This document shows positions 34,734 to 47,163 of a stretch of DNA of 53,728 nucleotides, one piece after another (position 1 is the stretch's first letter; each line of letters starts with the position of its first letter). The stretch lies in NCBI GenBank assembly GCA_000934665.2, contig KZ538687.1, positions 1 through 53,728 on the forward strand, given 5' to 3'. This DNA is from Catajapyx aquilonaris. Taxonomy: Eukaryota. The notes under the pieces were generated by a model, which ran no database searches, was not told where the DNA came from, and saw only the letters and a program-made list of their open reading frames with translations. The translations under genes and the position numbers were made by a program.

Positions 34734-35203
34734 TATTAATTTATTTAAATATTTTAAAATGTTTTTTGCACATATTATATTGTAATATTAATTGTTCAAA
34801 ATAAAACTCGTACATGCAGAGAGTGTCTTAACATTTGAATGATGGAAAGGTATTTTAAAATAATCAGCCGCTGCAGTCGTAGGGCCAAGGAATAGTTCGA
34901 GATATTTGCATGCTGCATATTTGTGAATTTGTTACTTTGCAGCGATTAATCTTAAGTATGATAATTCCAGTTGCTACTGTTATCTAGCCTTTCCCAATGT
35001 TTATGAAACTGCGGGCCAAATTTTAACGTGAAAGGACTTGGGCGAGTGCGTGCAAAATTTTAATAGATTTGGAGCCGAAACATGTGCTGAATCTGGGCAC
35101 ATCGAATAACACGTTTTATTTATTTTCCAGGTGCAGATAAAATTATCGTTTGAGAAGAAACCTATGGGAGTCGAGAGGAATAGTCATTAAAAAAGCCACC
35201 AAA

Positions 35204-38200
35204 ATGTCGGTGCCTTTGACACCGAGGTGTGTCAAGGTTGACAACTGGGGAATATTTTTCCTCAATCGTCTGGAGCAGTCTTTTGAGAGGGGTGACTTCT
35301 GCGATCTCACCCTTCGATTTTCGTCCCAGGCCGAATTAAAGGCAGGTCCCGTAGCACTTGAAATCAGACAGTGCGATAATATCTTCTTCTTATTACGACA
35401 GGTTCACAGTTTGGTATTGAACGCATGCACCGAGTATTTCCTGGCGCTTGAAAAGCAAGGGCTACTCAAAAATGGGTACCTGGAGCTCCCTAGTGACTTG
35501 ATGCCGGAAGTGGTCATCCCTATTATACGGTGAGTCGCAGGATGCAATTGATTATTCAGTAACGAGGTTTGCTTGTGGAAACAGCTGCTTTCAATACGTT
35601 GCGAATACGGAGAGCAAGTAAAGTGTGACATGTATGGAATTAAAACGCATTTTTTTATCGCCTTTAGGTTCATGTACACAGGAAAATTGGAACTGGTGGA
35701 GGGCATGCAGCACGAGCTGTATGTTGCTGCACAGCAGTTGCACATGTCAGTTTTGACCAAATTGCTGGATGCGCAGAGAGAGCCCATGAAGCCCCTGGGG
35801 ATGCAGAGGGCAGGGGGTATTGCGGGAGGCGGCGGACTCCATCACCAGCAGATGAAGAAGCACCCTCCAGTCACCTATTCGTTGCAGGGAAAGAAGATTA
35901 CGCCAAAATCTCCTTTGCCTCCGATGAAGAGGGAGAAAGAAGACTGGCCTGACCCACTGCCAGGGAGGAAGTAAGTTGTGAGCCTTGCTAACCTGTCTGC
36001 GGCTGGGTACTGACAGAGAAATTTCATCCGGTAGACTCCCGATATGGAAGCGTCGTCCACCCAAGTCTCCGCAGAGTACGTCAATCTTAGGCCAGCCGAC
36101 TCAGAGCGAGGCAGCCTGGGCGGAGGGGAGAAAAGAGAGCTTCCTCCGTCCTCCCCCCGAGCCGCCTCGTCCGACTCGATTCGAGTGGCCTGAGAATGAC
36201 CCAGATATGGACAACGAGGCTCCTTTTGCCACCATAACGTACGAGTCACAGCTGCTGTCTAGACCAAAGAGCCCGACCAATGTAGGAGGACCTGCGCAGC
36301 CTCATAATGCCACTGCAGTAAAAGCAGAAGTAAGTAACGGTGTAATGACTGTACCGTCATAAAACTGCATGTTTTTCATCAGGTTTTTGAAGAGCTTCGT
36401 AAGACCATGACTGTCAAACGAGGTGCTGGCGACCATCAAGCCATTGCTTCGGCAATGGCGGCAGAGCAAATGTCGCACTTGGATGCTAAGAAGCCCAAGC
36501 TGGATATTGCTGAGGTGCGCGAGTATGTGGAGGAGCAGCGGGCTAGAAGGGAGCTGATGATCGGTAGGGTGCGGAGCAGAGAAGAACTCGGCGACGGGGA
36601 GGAAGGGTTAGCGGATGCGGAGATGGAGGAGGATGGAGTGGATGACTACGATGAGGATAATGTGATTGGGGACGACGACGACGACGATGAAATGGTGGAG
36701 GGAGAGGAGGGCGTGATGGGCGGAGAGGAGGTTGCGAGTGGGGAGGAAGTAGCAACGGCTGAAGAAGTGGTAGCAAGTGGCAGTGCTGTGTTGACACCGC
36801 TGCTAGCACCACCTGTGTTGCCAACCCCGCAGAAGTCCATTCTCAGGACGCAGAAAGCGGGACCAAAGGTACGTTCGACTAGTCGAGTCCAATGTGCATT
36901 GTGAAAATTAACTCTTTCAGGGCAAGGAGGTGGAGAACGGCGGCGAAAGCAACGGCGCTCAGCCCAAGAAGGTGCGCTTCCTCCTCAAGCCGGACGAGCT
37001 GGAGGGGGCTGACCAGGGAGGAAGCCAAGAGTCTGTTCCTGCCACTCCTCCCCCTACTCGGAAGGAAGCGTCTCTGCCGAAGTTGCCCACCGCGGCATCG
37101 TCGGCTAATCAGCAGAACAACCTGACCAACCACGCTCGCATCATATCGGAAGTGCTGAGGAAATACCCGCAGCTGGTTCGCGACAATAAGAATATAAAGC
37201 TGAAGATCATGCAGAGAGGGCAGTTCGGAGGGCTTGCTCCTGACGGCGGAGGGGGTGGGGCGGAGGAAGTGTCAGAGGATGGAGGAGGAGGAGGAGGCGG
37301 AGGGACTCCAAAGGTGGTGAAATCCAGAGTGTCTTACGTCGTGCTCAAGTCCGGAGACAAGTGAGTTCATGTTCATTTCTCTTGTCGCCTTTGTCTACTG
37401 ATTGTCTTTCAGGCTTCCTGGCGGCAAGCAGTCTGTCGTCTTGCGCACGGGAAACCAGACCCTGAGCGAAATAGTCAGCACAGAGCCGGCCCCCAGTATT
37501 GCCTCAGGAGCTGAGAACACCACAGGTCCGTGGCTGTGCTACACGTGCGGTAGTGGAGCGGACGATCCACAGAACTTCGAGACGTACTACCTGTATCGCA
37601 AGCACTTGCAGGAGGTACACAGAGAGAAGATCGACAGCCGGATCTGCGAGCACTGCGGGCACCGTGCGAGCAAGCGAAATCTTCTTCTCTACCACTTGTA
37701 CACCAAGCACAATGTGCAACCGCCGAGGAACTGCCAGTTCCCCAAGTGCGACCAGTGCGGATACATCGCTCTTTCCGAGTCCCTACTAATCAAGCATCGG
37801 AACAGCCATTCCCATGCCAGGGACTTTGTTTGTAAGGTGAGTGACTGCGCACAGTCAATCAGTGCTGTCTTACATTATGATATTAATTCGTCAGGAGTGC
37901 GATGCGAGCTTCAAGAGCAACGGTGCCCTTCAGGGACACATCCAGGCCAACCTGCATGGGAACCACACGTCTCGGAAAACGTACGAATGCAACCTCTGCG
38001 ATTCAACGTTTGCGCGGAACATCAACCTCAAAGCCCATCTGCGATCGGTCCACAAGAGAGCCAAGGGCGTGGAAGAGGCGGGAGGAGTAGTGGCGCCGAC
38101 TCCGCTGGGAGCAGGCAGAGGAACGCCAAGACGGAGAGGTGGCGGAAGAGGGGCTAGATCCACTCCGATACACAGGAGAGGAAAGATGAAGGCGGAACTT

Positions 38201-40604
38201 GTGGAAGAGGAGAGCGAAGAGGACGAGGACGACGAAGATCCGCTTGTCGATCCGCCTCACCTGGACCAGGTCTGTGATCACACGACATGTGAAGCAGGGT
38301 TTGTCGATAACTTCTGTTGCTTCGTTAAGGTGAGCCAGGCAGCTGACCATTCCCAGGTGGTAGCCCAGCATCACGCCCAGCATGCCCATCCCCCTCCGCA
38401 CCTGGACCCGTCCTCCGAGGCGGAGGCCCTTTCCAACGTGGCTAGTGGAATTGCAGCTTCTTTGGGGCTGGTGGAGGAACATTTGGTGGCGACGACTGCT
38501 GTTTCTGGTGGAGTCGGACAGGAGGTGATCGTCAGCTATCACCCAGCTACGTTAGTCACGGACGGAAACCAGCAGTACATCATACCGGAGGTGGACGCAC
38601 CTGATGAACAGGTGAGTGGTCGGAATCTGGATCTAGCAGATGCGTATGACGTACCGCTTATTTCTCCCCAACAAGGTGACGGTGACATACGCTGGCCCGT
38701 TGTCCGACCTGGAGCACTATGCTGCGGCAGTAGCCACTACCTCAACTTCCATCTCGGTGTGCGACCCTGATGCGATTGTGAGCATGTCTGGGCACCACCA
38801 CATGTCGTTGGGAAGTTCCACGGTGCAGGTCCACGAAATGCCGTTGCCGACGTCTCACCACCAGGAGGTACATCATGAGGAGATACATCATCATCAGGAC
38901 AGGGTGTCGGTGGACCAACAGAGTGGACCGAAGGTTGTGGTTGAGGAATGCCCGGTGCTTCCGGACGAGGGGATGACGGTGGAAGGGAAGCACCAGGTTG
39001 TGGTGGTTCGTCACGGAGAGGATCTCATGAGACTTCAGGGGGTGAAGATCGTGGTGCAGGAAGTGCCGCAGGAGGTGGTGCAGCGGCAAGTGGAACAAGA
39101 GGCCATGTACGAAGGGCAAAGGGCAGCGTTACTCCATGGGCATGTTCCGCAGGAGATGGCGGAACATTCGACCGGGGACATCATGTTGGATCAACCCGGA
39201 GACGCTGTCCTACAAGAGCACCCTGACGATGCAATGCTGCAGGAACAGCAACCGAGGAAGGTGGAAATTACCATCATAGAACATCCATCGGAAGGTATTG
39301 CAGAAGAAGTGTATGGGCACGCCTCCATTGAAGAGCACTCGCAAGACGAGAAGCCTGGCGACGTGAGCCTGTCAGAAGAGCAGCCTACAGAGCACGTGTT
39401 AGAAGAGGAGCCGGATGAGATGGCCACCATGGAGCAACCAGACAGGCTTGAAGAATCTGCCGAGACCCTTCTGGCCGAACAAGTTGAGGATTCCGAACTG
39501 GCCGAACAGGTCGAGGATTCTGAACTTGCAGAGCCTGCGGATGTTGAGCTGGCCGAGCCTGCGGATGTTGAGCTGGCCGAGCCTGCAGAAAGGACCATTA
39601 TGGAAGAGCAAGACGAAGCTAACATTTACAAGGCGGAAGAGGAAGCAGCCATTTTGCAAGAGCAGCCCGAGGAGCCGCCAGAGTTGGAAGAGGCGTCACT
39701 TTCGGAGGAACCTCCTCCAGCGGTGGGCTTACCGGAGGAACCAGAAGACTCCGCATCACTCCCAACTTTGGAGGAAGAACCTGGCGACTCCTCCGCAGCA
39801 CTCCCGCCTTTGGAGGAAGAACCTGAAGACTCCTCCGCAGCTCTCCCGCCTTTGGAGGAAGAACCTGACGACTCCTCCGCAGCTCTCCCGCCTTTGGAGG
39901 AAGAACCTGACGACTCCTCCGCAGCACTCCCGTCTTTGGAGGAAGAACCTGACGACTCCTCCGCAGCTCTCCCGCCTTTGGAGGAAGAACCTGACGACTC
40001 CTCCGCAGCACTCCCGTCTTTGGAGGAAGAACCTGAAGATGCAGCATCCCCAGAACAGCCTGAGCCTGCTTCAGAAGACCAACCTGCATTGGAAGAAAGA
40101 CTGCTAGACGAAATGCCGGTACTGGAAGAGGAGTCTCCACCCAAGGAAGACCAACCGGTGGAGGAGGCGCCGTTTCTGGAAGAAGCAGAAGAAGAAGAAG
40201 CAACGTATGCAAAGGAACCTGCGATAGCCGAGCCCACAGATTCGGCAGAGGAGGCTCCGGAAAAACCAGCGGCCGGACATTTAAGTGTGACGCCTGATGA
40301 ATCGGCGAGAGAGTCGCCTGCGGAGATGGACGTGGCGGTGGCACAGGACGAGCCAACGCCTCCTCAACTTGCAACCGCAATCTTGGAGGTGTCGGAGCAG
40401 GCACCGTCCATGCCAGTGCTGGAGCGCATGGAGGAGGAAATCGGAGCGGAGGGTCAGAGGTCGGAGGAGGCGATGGAGGTCGCGGACAACTCCAACTCTG
40501 CGATGGATGAAGGAACCGAGGACGTGGCTGCCGAAGCGATGGAGATGGGGGAAGCGCCGGACGTGTACATGGACGATGCGGTAATGGGACCAGACAAGCC
40601 ATAG
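35204..40604 (+). CDS. Cp190: Centrosome-associated/insulator zinc-finger protein CP190 (BTB, C2H2 fingers, E-rich tail); ~11 exons
   Basis: CP190-type BTB start VKVDNWGIFFL..CDLTLRF..LKVH.LVL.ACTEYF..VVIPIIRFMYTG.L, then LPGRKLPIWKR, five C2H2 fingers and a long acidic tail. Exons 35204-35341, 35402-35529, 35668-35970, 36035-36329, 36383-36868, 36921-37360, 37413-37836, 37895-38269, 38330-38611, 38676-40604. Confidence 0.88.
39765..40040 (+). repeat. Coding 42-bp minisatellite (LEEEPDDSSAALPP)n in Cp190
   Basis: Six to seven near-identical copies of ttggaggaagaacctgacgactcctccgcagc.ctcccg.ct. Confidence 0.95.
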
Positions 40605-41294
40605 TGACGGGTGTCACTGGACAAAGTGGCACAAGGCGTACGCCGCACCGAGTCAATCGAAGCATTGCAGATAATGTAACCGGTTGCAAACTGTACCAGT
40701 GTTGTGGTACGACAGGACAAATTGAGCGTTGGTGCTGACAACGCCCCCCTCTAATTATTATACAAGCCTGAATTTAAAAAAAATCAATTGAACTTATTGT
40801 GCCATGGATGCTCGGAACGAGGCAGTGGCGGTTTCACTTTTTGGGCAAAAAATTGCGTACGTGTTTAACCCTCCCCCCCCCCCAGATTATTGTTCCTCCT
40901 CCATCCCGGACACGCTTTCAGATAATTTTATCTGTAAATAGCCAACACTATTATGTAGAAATATTTCGCATGCTAGGTTAAATGTTTCTTGCTATATTAC
41001 GTGGTCTCATTTGATTCCTAATGTAGATTTGCGTTCTTTGGGCGTCATGTTTTTTTTTTCTCTTCTTTTGGCTCCCTTCGGTTTTTATTTTTCCGCATTG
41101 CTTTTCGTTGAGTTGGAAACGAAGTATGTATGGTTTATGAAACTGAGAGAAAGAAAAAAAAAAAAAGAGGAGACGGCAGCGTATGAAATAAAAAAGGTAG
41201 CACAACAACAGAGCAACAATAAATTCTTAAATCTAACGACATGTATTATTTGGGTCTAATTACAAGTTTCAGTTGCGATGAAGGGCAGGTCGAT

Positions 41295-41443
41295 GGGCAA
41301 GGTGCATAGGGGGCTTGCTCCACCCCCGCCACGGGTTGGCCCTGGCATTGCAGTACAGCCACGGGCCGACCCACCTCTCCTTCCACGGAGGGAGAGGAAA
41401 CCGTGCAAATCAAAAGATGAACAAGAGCGTGATTAGAGTAGAC
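41295..41443 (+). pseudogene. 5'-truncated U2 snRNA copy including 3' genomic flank
   Basis: ggtgcatagggggcttgctccacccccgccacgggttggccctggcattgcagtac..gggccgacccacc matches U2 stems III-IV. It continues ctctccttcc..ggagggagaggaaac..caaatcaaaaga..gagtagac, matching the flank at 4878-4953 (minus). Lacks the 5' half and the Sm site. Confidence 0.88.
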
Positions 41444-41651
41444 TATTACTCGTTGCTTCTGATTGGATCACCACATATTGTTACAGAGACGCTTCCTATT
41501 GGCCCGCATCCTCCGCCGCTGGTGGGTGGCAGGAGGAGCCAACAGGACTATAGATACGCAACAATGCAACCGTGGATATGACCTGGCTCATTATTGTCGG
41601 AAATTTAATGTTTAATTTTTTTGTGAAAGAGTGAGCCCATTTTATTTCGCC

Positions 41652-42404
41652 ATGCCTATCCTGTCCTTGTGCGATCTGGACACCAGTGCGCGTCCGATAG
41701 TCTTCTTCGCAGCCACAGTCAGCCTGGTATAGTACACATGCTGAAGTCGGTCGTTGTTAAGTTAACCCTAATTAAATCGCCCTTTCTTTTCTTTTTTTTT
41801 AATGTAGTTGGTGCACGTGAAGCAAACATTCGTGAGCATCCAGGAAATCGACATCAACGAGAAGGACCACGCAAATGCGCGGTTTTCGAACCGGACCGTC
41901 ACCGAGGCTGAAAATGAAGATAGTTATCTCACAGGTTCATATTTACCATTTAATTAACAATATTTTAAGTAAGCTACAAAATTAATAAATTTCAGCTGTA
42001 CGTATTGTCAGCATTGTCTCGCTCGTGCTGAGCCTCTTCTTGACTCTCGTCACCATCGTCTTGGTGTTTGGCGTGTATAAGGTCAGTTGTAATTAATAAT
42101 TAATATGCAGTATATAATTATTATTTCTCATCAGATGAAGGAGAAGCTGATGATGCCGTACTTCGTAGTCCTCCCTCTGTCCTGGGCCATTTGGATAGGC
42201 GTGTACGGAAACATGTTCGCGAAGAAGAAGATCTTCAGGCCGCAGCAGTCCGAGACCATCCAGATCATACAGATGATCTTCGCCACCCTGTACATGATGA
42301 TATTCTTCGCCATTCCCTACTCGTACTATCAGGAGATCAAAGCGACAAGGATCGTCGCAGACAAAGCAGATACCGTCTCGGCTGTTACATCAGCGTCCCA
42401 ATGA
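41652..42404 (+). CDS. Small four-TM protein, DUF4728/LAPTM-like, copy 1
   Basis: Exons 41652-41726, 41808-41934, 41996-42081, 42135-42404. Motifs LVFGVYK|MKEKLMMPY and PYSYYQEI. Confidence 0.75.
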
Positions 42405-42496
42405 AATTAAAGATAATAATGTACGTAATAATTATTGGTGTCAGTGTTTTTCAATAATTATGTTACATCCATGGTTACATCATATGTGAAATAACA

Positions 42497-43209
42497 ATGT
42501 CGACTCTTGCCAGTCTGGTAGGGTCGCGCACCATTGCAATTCTTGTAGGAGTCTTCACACTGGTATGTTACAATAATTGTTGCAATAAATAGACATTTTA
42601 AATATTAATATGCATAAATTTTAAAAGATGGAAAGTGTGGAGAAAATTGCGATCAGAAGTCGAGATTTGGCAAACGTATACAAACTTATGAAGCCATACG
42701 AGCCTGACCGGCCTCTTTTGCTGTCACCTAGTCACCAACTGGAGCTGGTGCATCTTATAGGCAATGCACTTATTTTAATGTTAAAAAATTATTTAAATTC
42801 ATTATTTGATTTCCCTTACACAGCGACTCGAAATTTCATCGTGTGTGAGCTCATATTTAGCCTGGTTTTCATGGTCCTGTCGCCCCTCATGGTCTACGGA
42901 GTCTGCAAGGTACGTATGCGGACGGAACAAACAAACAAAGTAGCGAAATGAGTAATGGATACTTTGTCCCGACAGAAGGCGAGGAAGTGGATGGTGCCGT
43001 TTCTTTTGGGACGTCCCATCGGACTTGTCCCGTGCTTTGTGACCAACGTGATCAGGCACAAGAGGATGGCGACATTCCGACGGTACAACTCGGAGCAGGT
43101 GTCCAGCACGGACGCTGTTCCGGGACTGGTTCTGTCCCTCCTGGAGAACTACCTCTTCATCGTGGCCACCTTCCTGCACTGCCAGGACCTGCCTGTACAT
43201 GACACGTAG
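42497..43209 (+). CDS. Small four-TM protein, DUF4728/LAPTM-like, copy 2
   Basis: Exons 42497-42562, 42628-42760, 42824-42909, 42976-43209. Motif LMVYGVCK|KARKWMVPF; same intron phases as copy 1; AATAAA at 43215. Confidence 0.7.
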
Positions 43210-43326
43210 CCATCAATAAACTAGGGCTAAACGCAACATGCCCTGGGCGGTTAGTCTCCCTGATCCCCACCCGAGGCGAAGCCTGGGACGACCTAACTCC
43301 TTCCAATGAACAACGTGATGAACAGT

Positions 43327-44103
43327 TTACAACACAATTTTATTCGATGCTCTCGTATTGGAACGCAACTCGTTGTAGTACGAACGGATGACGATGAGGA
43401 AGGTGGCCACGGTGAAACCCGAGGTGGCGAACAGGTAGAAGGAGACGTAGCACCTCTGGACTTGCTCTGCCTGGGTGGGACTCTCGAACAGACTCACGCA
43501 CTTGGAGACCCTCACCGTTTCGACCGCCATCCACGACAACCAACAGATGGGCAGGGACACCATGTACAGGAACAGGTACACCGTCCTCTCCTGTCAAGAG
43601 ATAATCAATCAATCAATCAATCACATTCGATGAACGCGGTAACGTGATCCGTACTTACCTTGCAAACTCCGTAGAGCAAGAGCCAAGATACGACGAACAT
43701 AAAGATGCTAACGGACAGGAAACACACTGCGATGTCTCTCACTCTTTGAAAATCTGTGGTACCGAATATAACGATTTTAAATTGTGCAATTAAAATATTA
43801 CGTACGGGCAAACGCACATGAGAGTGTCTTCTCGCTCTTGTCGTGCTGGTAACGCATGTTCTGGTAGGTGCGAAAGATATGGTCCGACATGATCATGTCT
43901 TTCCTTCCTTTCCAAACACCGACGGAAAATCCAGCCTGCATTGTTGTCAGCAAAATTTTTTTAAAAACGATGAAAGGAAAATATGAAATGTGCGGACAAC
44001 TCACGAGGTTCATGACCGCGCAAAGGAGGGCCACATGTTGCAGGTTGATATAGTACCGCATGCTCCTGAGCATCGCTGACGTTCCATGTACTTTTATGCC
44101 CAT
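43327..44103 (-). CDS. Small four-TM protein, DUF4728/LAPTM-like, copy 3
   Basis: Exons 44103-44005, 43935-43806, 43753-43659, 43590-43327. Motifs LLLYGVCK| and VIRSYYNEL. The start could be a downstream ATG. Confidence 0.72.
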
Positions 44104-44181
44104 CAGAAGATCGGTTACCCTTAGCGATCAAACAACAATGTAGCCACCGCAATCAACAGTCTCTTTATTGTTCGAACATGT

Positions 44182-46502
44182 TCAATGGTTCCATTCGACC
44201 TTGCAGAATCCGGGTCCGTTCGCAGGCTCCACCGGGTATCCTCGGGCCAGCAGCCGGCAGCGGTGCTCCTCCAGCCTCTTCTCCGCGTCGTCCAAGTCCG
44301 TTGTCTGCCGGCTGGACCACAGCCTCTCTGCCACGACGCTTGCTCGGGGCCAAAGCCTCGGAGTCAAGTTCGTGGCGTCGACAAACTCGGCCCACATGCA
44401 AGCCTCGCCTCCGTGCACCAAGTCGTACTGGGCTTGAGTCCCGTTGAATTTGTACGGGTCGCAGTCGTAATACTTGTGCCAGTCGATCCCGTACGAGATG
44501 TAGTTCAGGTACCAGCAAGACGAGAGGATCGTCTGGTATCCCAAGCTCGTCACCTACAAATGATTTGTCATTATTGCGATTTAAACAGGTTAACGGGGCT
44601 TACCTTTTCCATTTCCGCAGCATAGTCGTCTCCTCCTATCCAGACATGAACTATTGTCTTGTTGTCGACATGTACGCCGTTGTCTACGACTTCCTGCCAT
44701 ACCAGGTAACTGCTGCCTTGTTTAGCCACAATGTCCACTAGCCGCTGGATGTAATACTCTTCCAACTTGGCGTAATTACCGGTGAAGTTGTGCGCTTTCA
44801 TGAACTCCGTCACTTGCGGATTGCTCTTCCTGGCGGAACAAAATTGGGAAAAATTTCAAGCGAAAATGATGGCCGGTCTGTTATGAAATGTACGAAACAT
44901 ATTATGAAATGTATGAAACATGTTACGAAAGTCTCCGCAGCAAATTAAATTAAGTCTCATGCAAAATGTACGACACGTTACGAAATGTAAGAAACATCGA
45001 TTATGAAAATGTGACGACCCAGGGTTCGCCCCGGGTCCGCCCCTCTAAAGGTCAAACCCTTACAAAAATAATGTATGAAACGTCTCATGCAAAATGTATG
45101 AAACATTACCAGCATGAGAAGGACACTTCGTCTCCTCCGAGATGCACGTATTTATCCTGGAAGACGTCCCTTGCGTCCTGGAAGAACGTCCGGAGAAACT
45201 GAAAATTAGCCTCGTTCGTCGGATCGATGGGTCCGTAAGTTCCGTCCGGCTTCTTTCCGCTGTAACATGGAGTCAAAAGTCCAGGTTGTCCAGGACCCCA
45301 AGCCTCGGTATGACCTGGACTGTCGAACTCCGGTACGACTCGTATTCCACGGACCCTTGCGAATTCAATCACCTCCGAGATGTTATCGCGTGTGTAGACA
45401 TGTGTCGGGTCGTACGCACCTTTCTCGCTGGAAAACACATTTTCTTACTAATCCGCCAGAGTTAAATCAAACAAGATTTTTTTACCTAAGCGCCGGAAAA
45501 GCCTTGCATTCGTATGGAAAGGACTGGTCGTCCACCAAATGCCAGTGGAATACGTTGAATTTGTTGAACGCCATTAGCTCGATATTCTCCAGGATTTTGT
45601 CCAGCGGTAGGTAATGTCTGGCCGTATCCAGCATTAAACCGCGGTGTGGAAAGCGTGGAAAGTCCTCCACCATTGTGCTCCCAATCTTCAGCTGTGGATT
45701 AATCACGATTAATCACGATGAAAAATGTAAGTAACGAGAGAAACACTCACTCCAGCACCATCCGCAGCTGGGTACATCAGTTGAACCAACGTCTCCAATC
45801 CTCGTATCACGCCCCAAACTGTCTCGGACACAACGCTTCCAGTGTTGGGCTCATCCGGATTGTTAATCTTGATCAAATCTGCAATTCGTTCAAAAAAATA
45901 TTAATGAAACACGCAATGATTAATTAACAAAAAAAAAATGGCTTACAGTGTTCGTCCATGTTGAACACGGGCCAGTCGTCACATTTGCTCATTATGTTAA
46001 CCTGAACGACGTCCAGGTATCCTTCGAACTCCGGATCCTTTTTCCACGGCTTGTAAGAGTTCAGATCATGCGTCGATTCGGTTGCGGACTCGATAAGATT
46101 CAGGTAGCGCTTCAGAGCGTCGCGGAGAATCTGGCAGTCCTTTCCGACAACCTGCGGATTAATTAATGATGCGAACAATTGTGACGAAGATGATTTGACA
46201 GGTGTTCATGTTTGTTTGAGTAATTGCGGTTGGAAAAAAATAGGTCATGAGAAAGCCTCGATCGGTACAAGCTGTACCTAGGCCAGTAAGTGCGATACCT
46301 TGAATTGAAATGCGGACGGCCGGACCACCATGTAACCTTGGTAGTCTTTCCGCATCTGCGGCTTCGGCCACGGCTGCCCCTGGGTCGGCACCACCTGCGT
46401 TCCCCTCACTGGGTCGCCCCTACCTTTTGCCCTCAGCTCATCCTCCGTGTAGTAACCCAGCGTAACGCCAAGAAGGCACAGTAATGCTACGACAACCTTC
46501 AT
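44182..46502 (-). CDS. Beta-hexosaminidase (GH20, HEXA/HEXB-like), copy A; 7 exons
   Basis: Signal peptide [58 protein letters not shown], catalytic [36 protein letters not shown] at 44164-44169. Confidence 0.95.
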
Positions 46503-46535
46503 TGTCAGACTGACACGTCCAGTGCGCCTCAACAC

Positions 46536-46546
46536 CTTTTATATGT
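46536..46546 (-). promoter_or_regulatory. TATA box of hexosaminidase copy A
   Basis: CATATAAAAG on the minus strand ~35-45 bp upstream of the ATG. Confidence 0.5.
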
Positions 46547-47163
46547 ACGGAACATGCCGCGACCACTCAAATGAACTACTTATTTAATCAGGAAGCAAAG
46601 TCATGACAAGCCCAAGGACGTTGCCACTTTCGTTTATCTGAAAGTGTCAACAATCACCACCTGATTACGAGTTGCAGCTGTTTTTATCAGTACGGCGATT
46701 ATATTTGTGAAGTGTCATTGCTGCGGTGACATTCAAGATCGTACACTTATCAGGTAACATGTACGTTTACCGTAATTTACCTTCACTACGGAGGTCATAC
46801 AAAACGAGAAGGTTCAATGTTGTTTTATCTGTTCACAAGTTAACCCGATTCAAGTTAACGACTGATATTAACAAGGTAACAACCATCGAAAACATTCCAG
46901 AATATGTTTGTTTACTACCGACGGATATCCTCGGGCATTAGCCTTCGAAATGTAATTGATAAATTGTCAGACAGAACCTTCGCGTACAATCGCAGTTCAT
47001 TAGCCTTCGAAATTTGTATGCTCAAATTGTCCAAAATGGAACATTTTTATTGCCATTTTTTCCGCATACAGTAAGCAAAGGCGCCCTATGCAAAAACAGT
47101 CAAGTGAACACTACTTGAAGGGCGTCTTAAAAGTAATAAAAAGTGTAATAAAAATTGCTGAGT

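Noticed and set aside
39191..40689. Long antisense and alternative-frame ORFs in the last Cp190 exon
   Set aside because: Explained by the Glu/Pro-rich coding minisatellite.
43221..43320. Twister, HDV-like ribozyme or 5S rRNA fragment
   Set aside because: Only scattered word-level resemblance; the required helices (twister P4, HDV P2/P3) cannot be formed.
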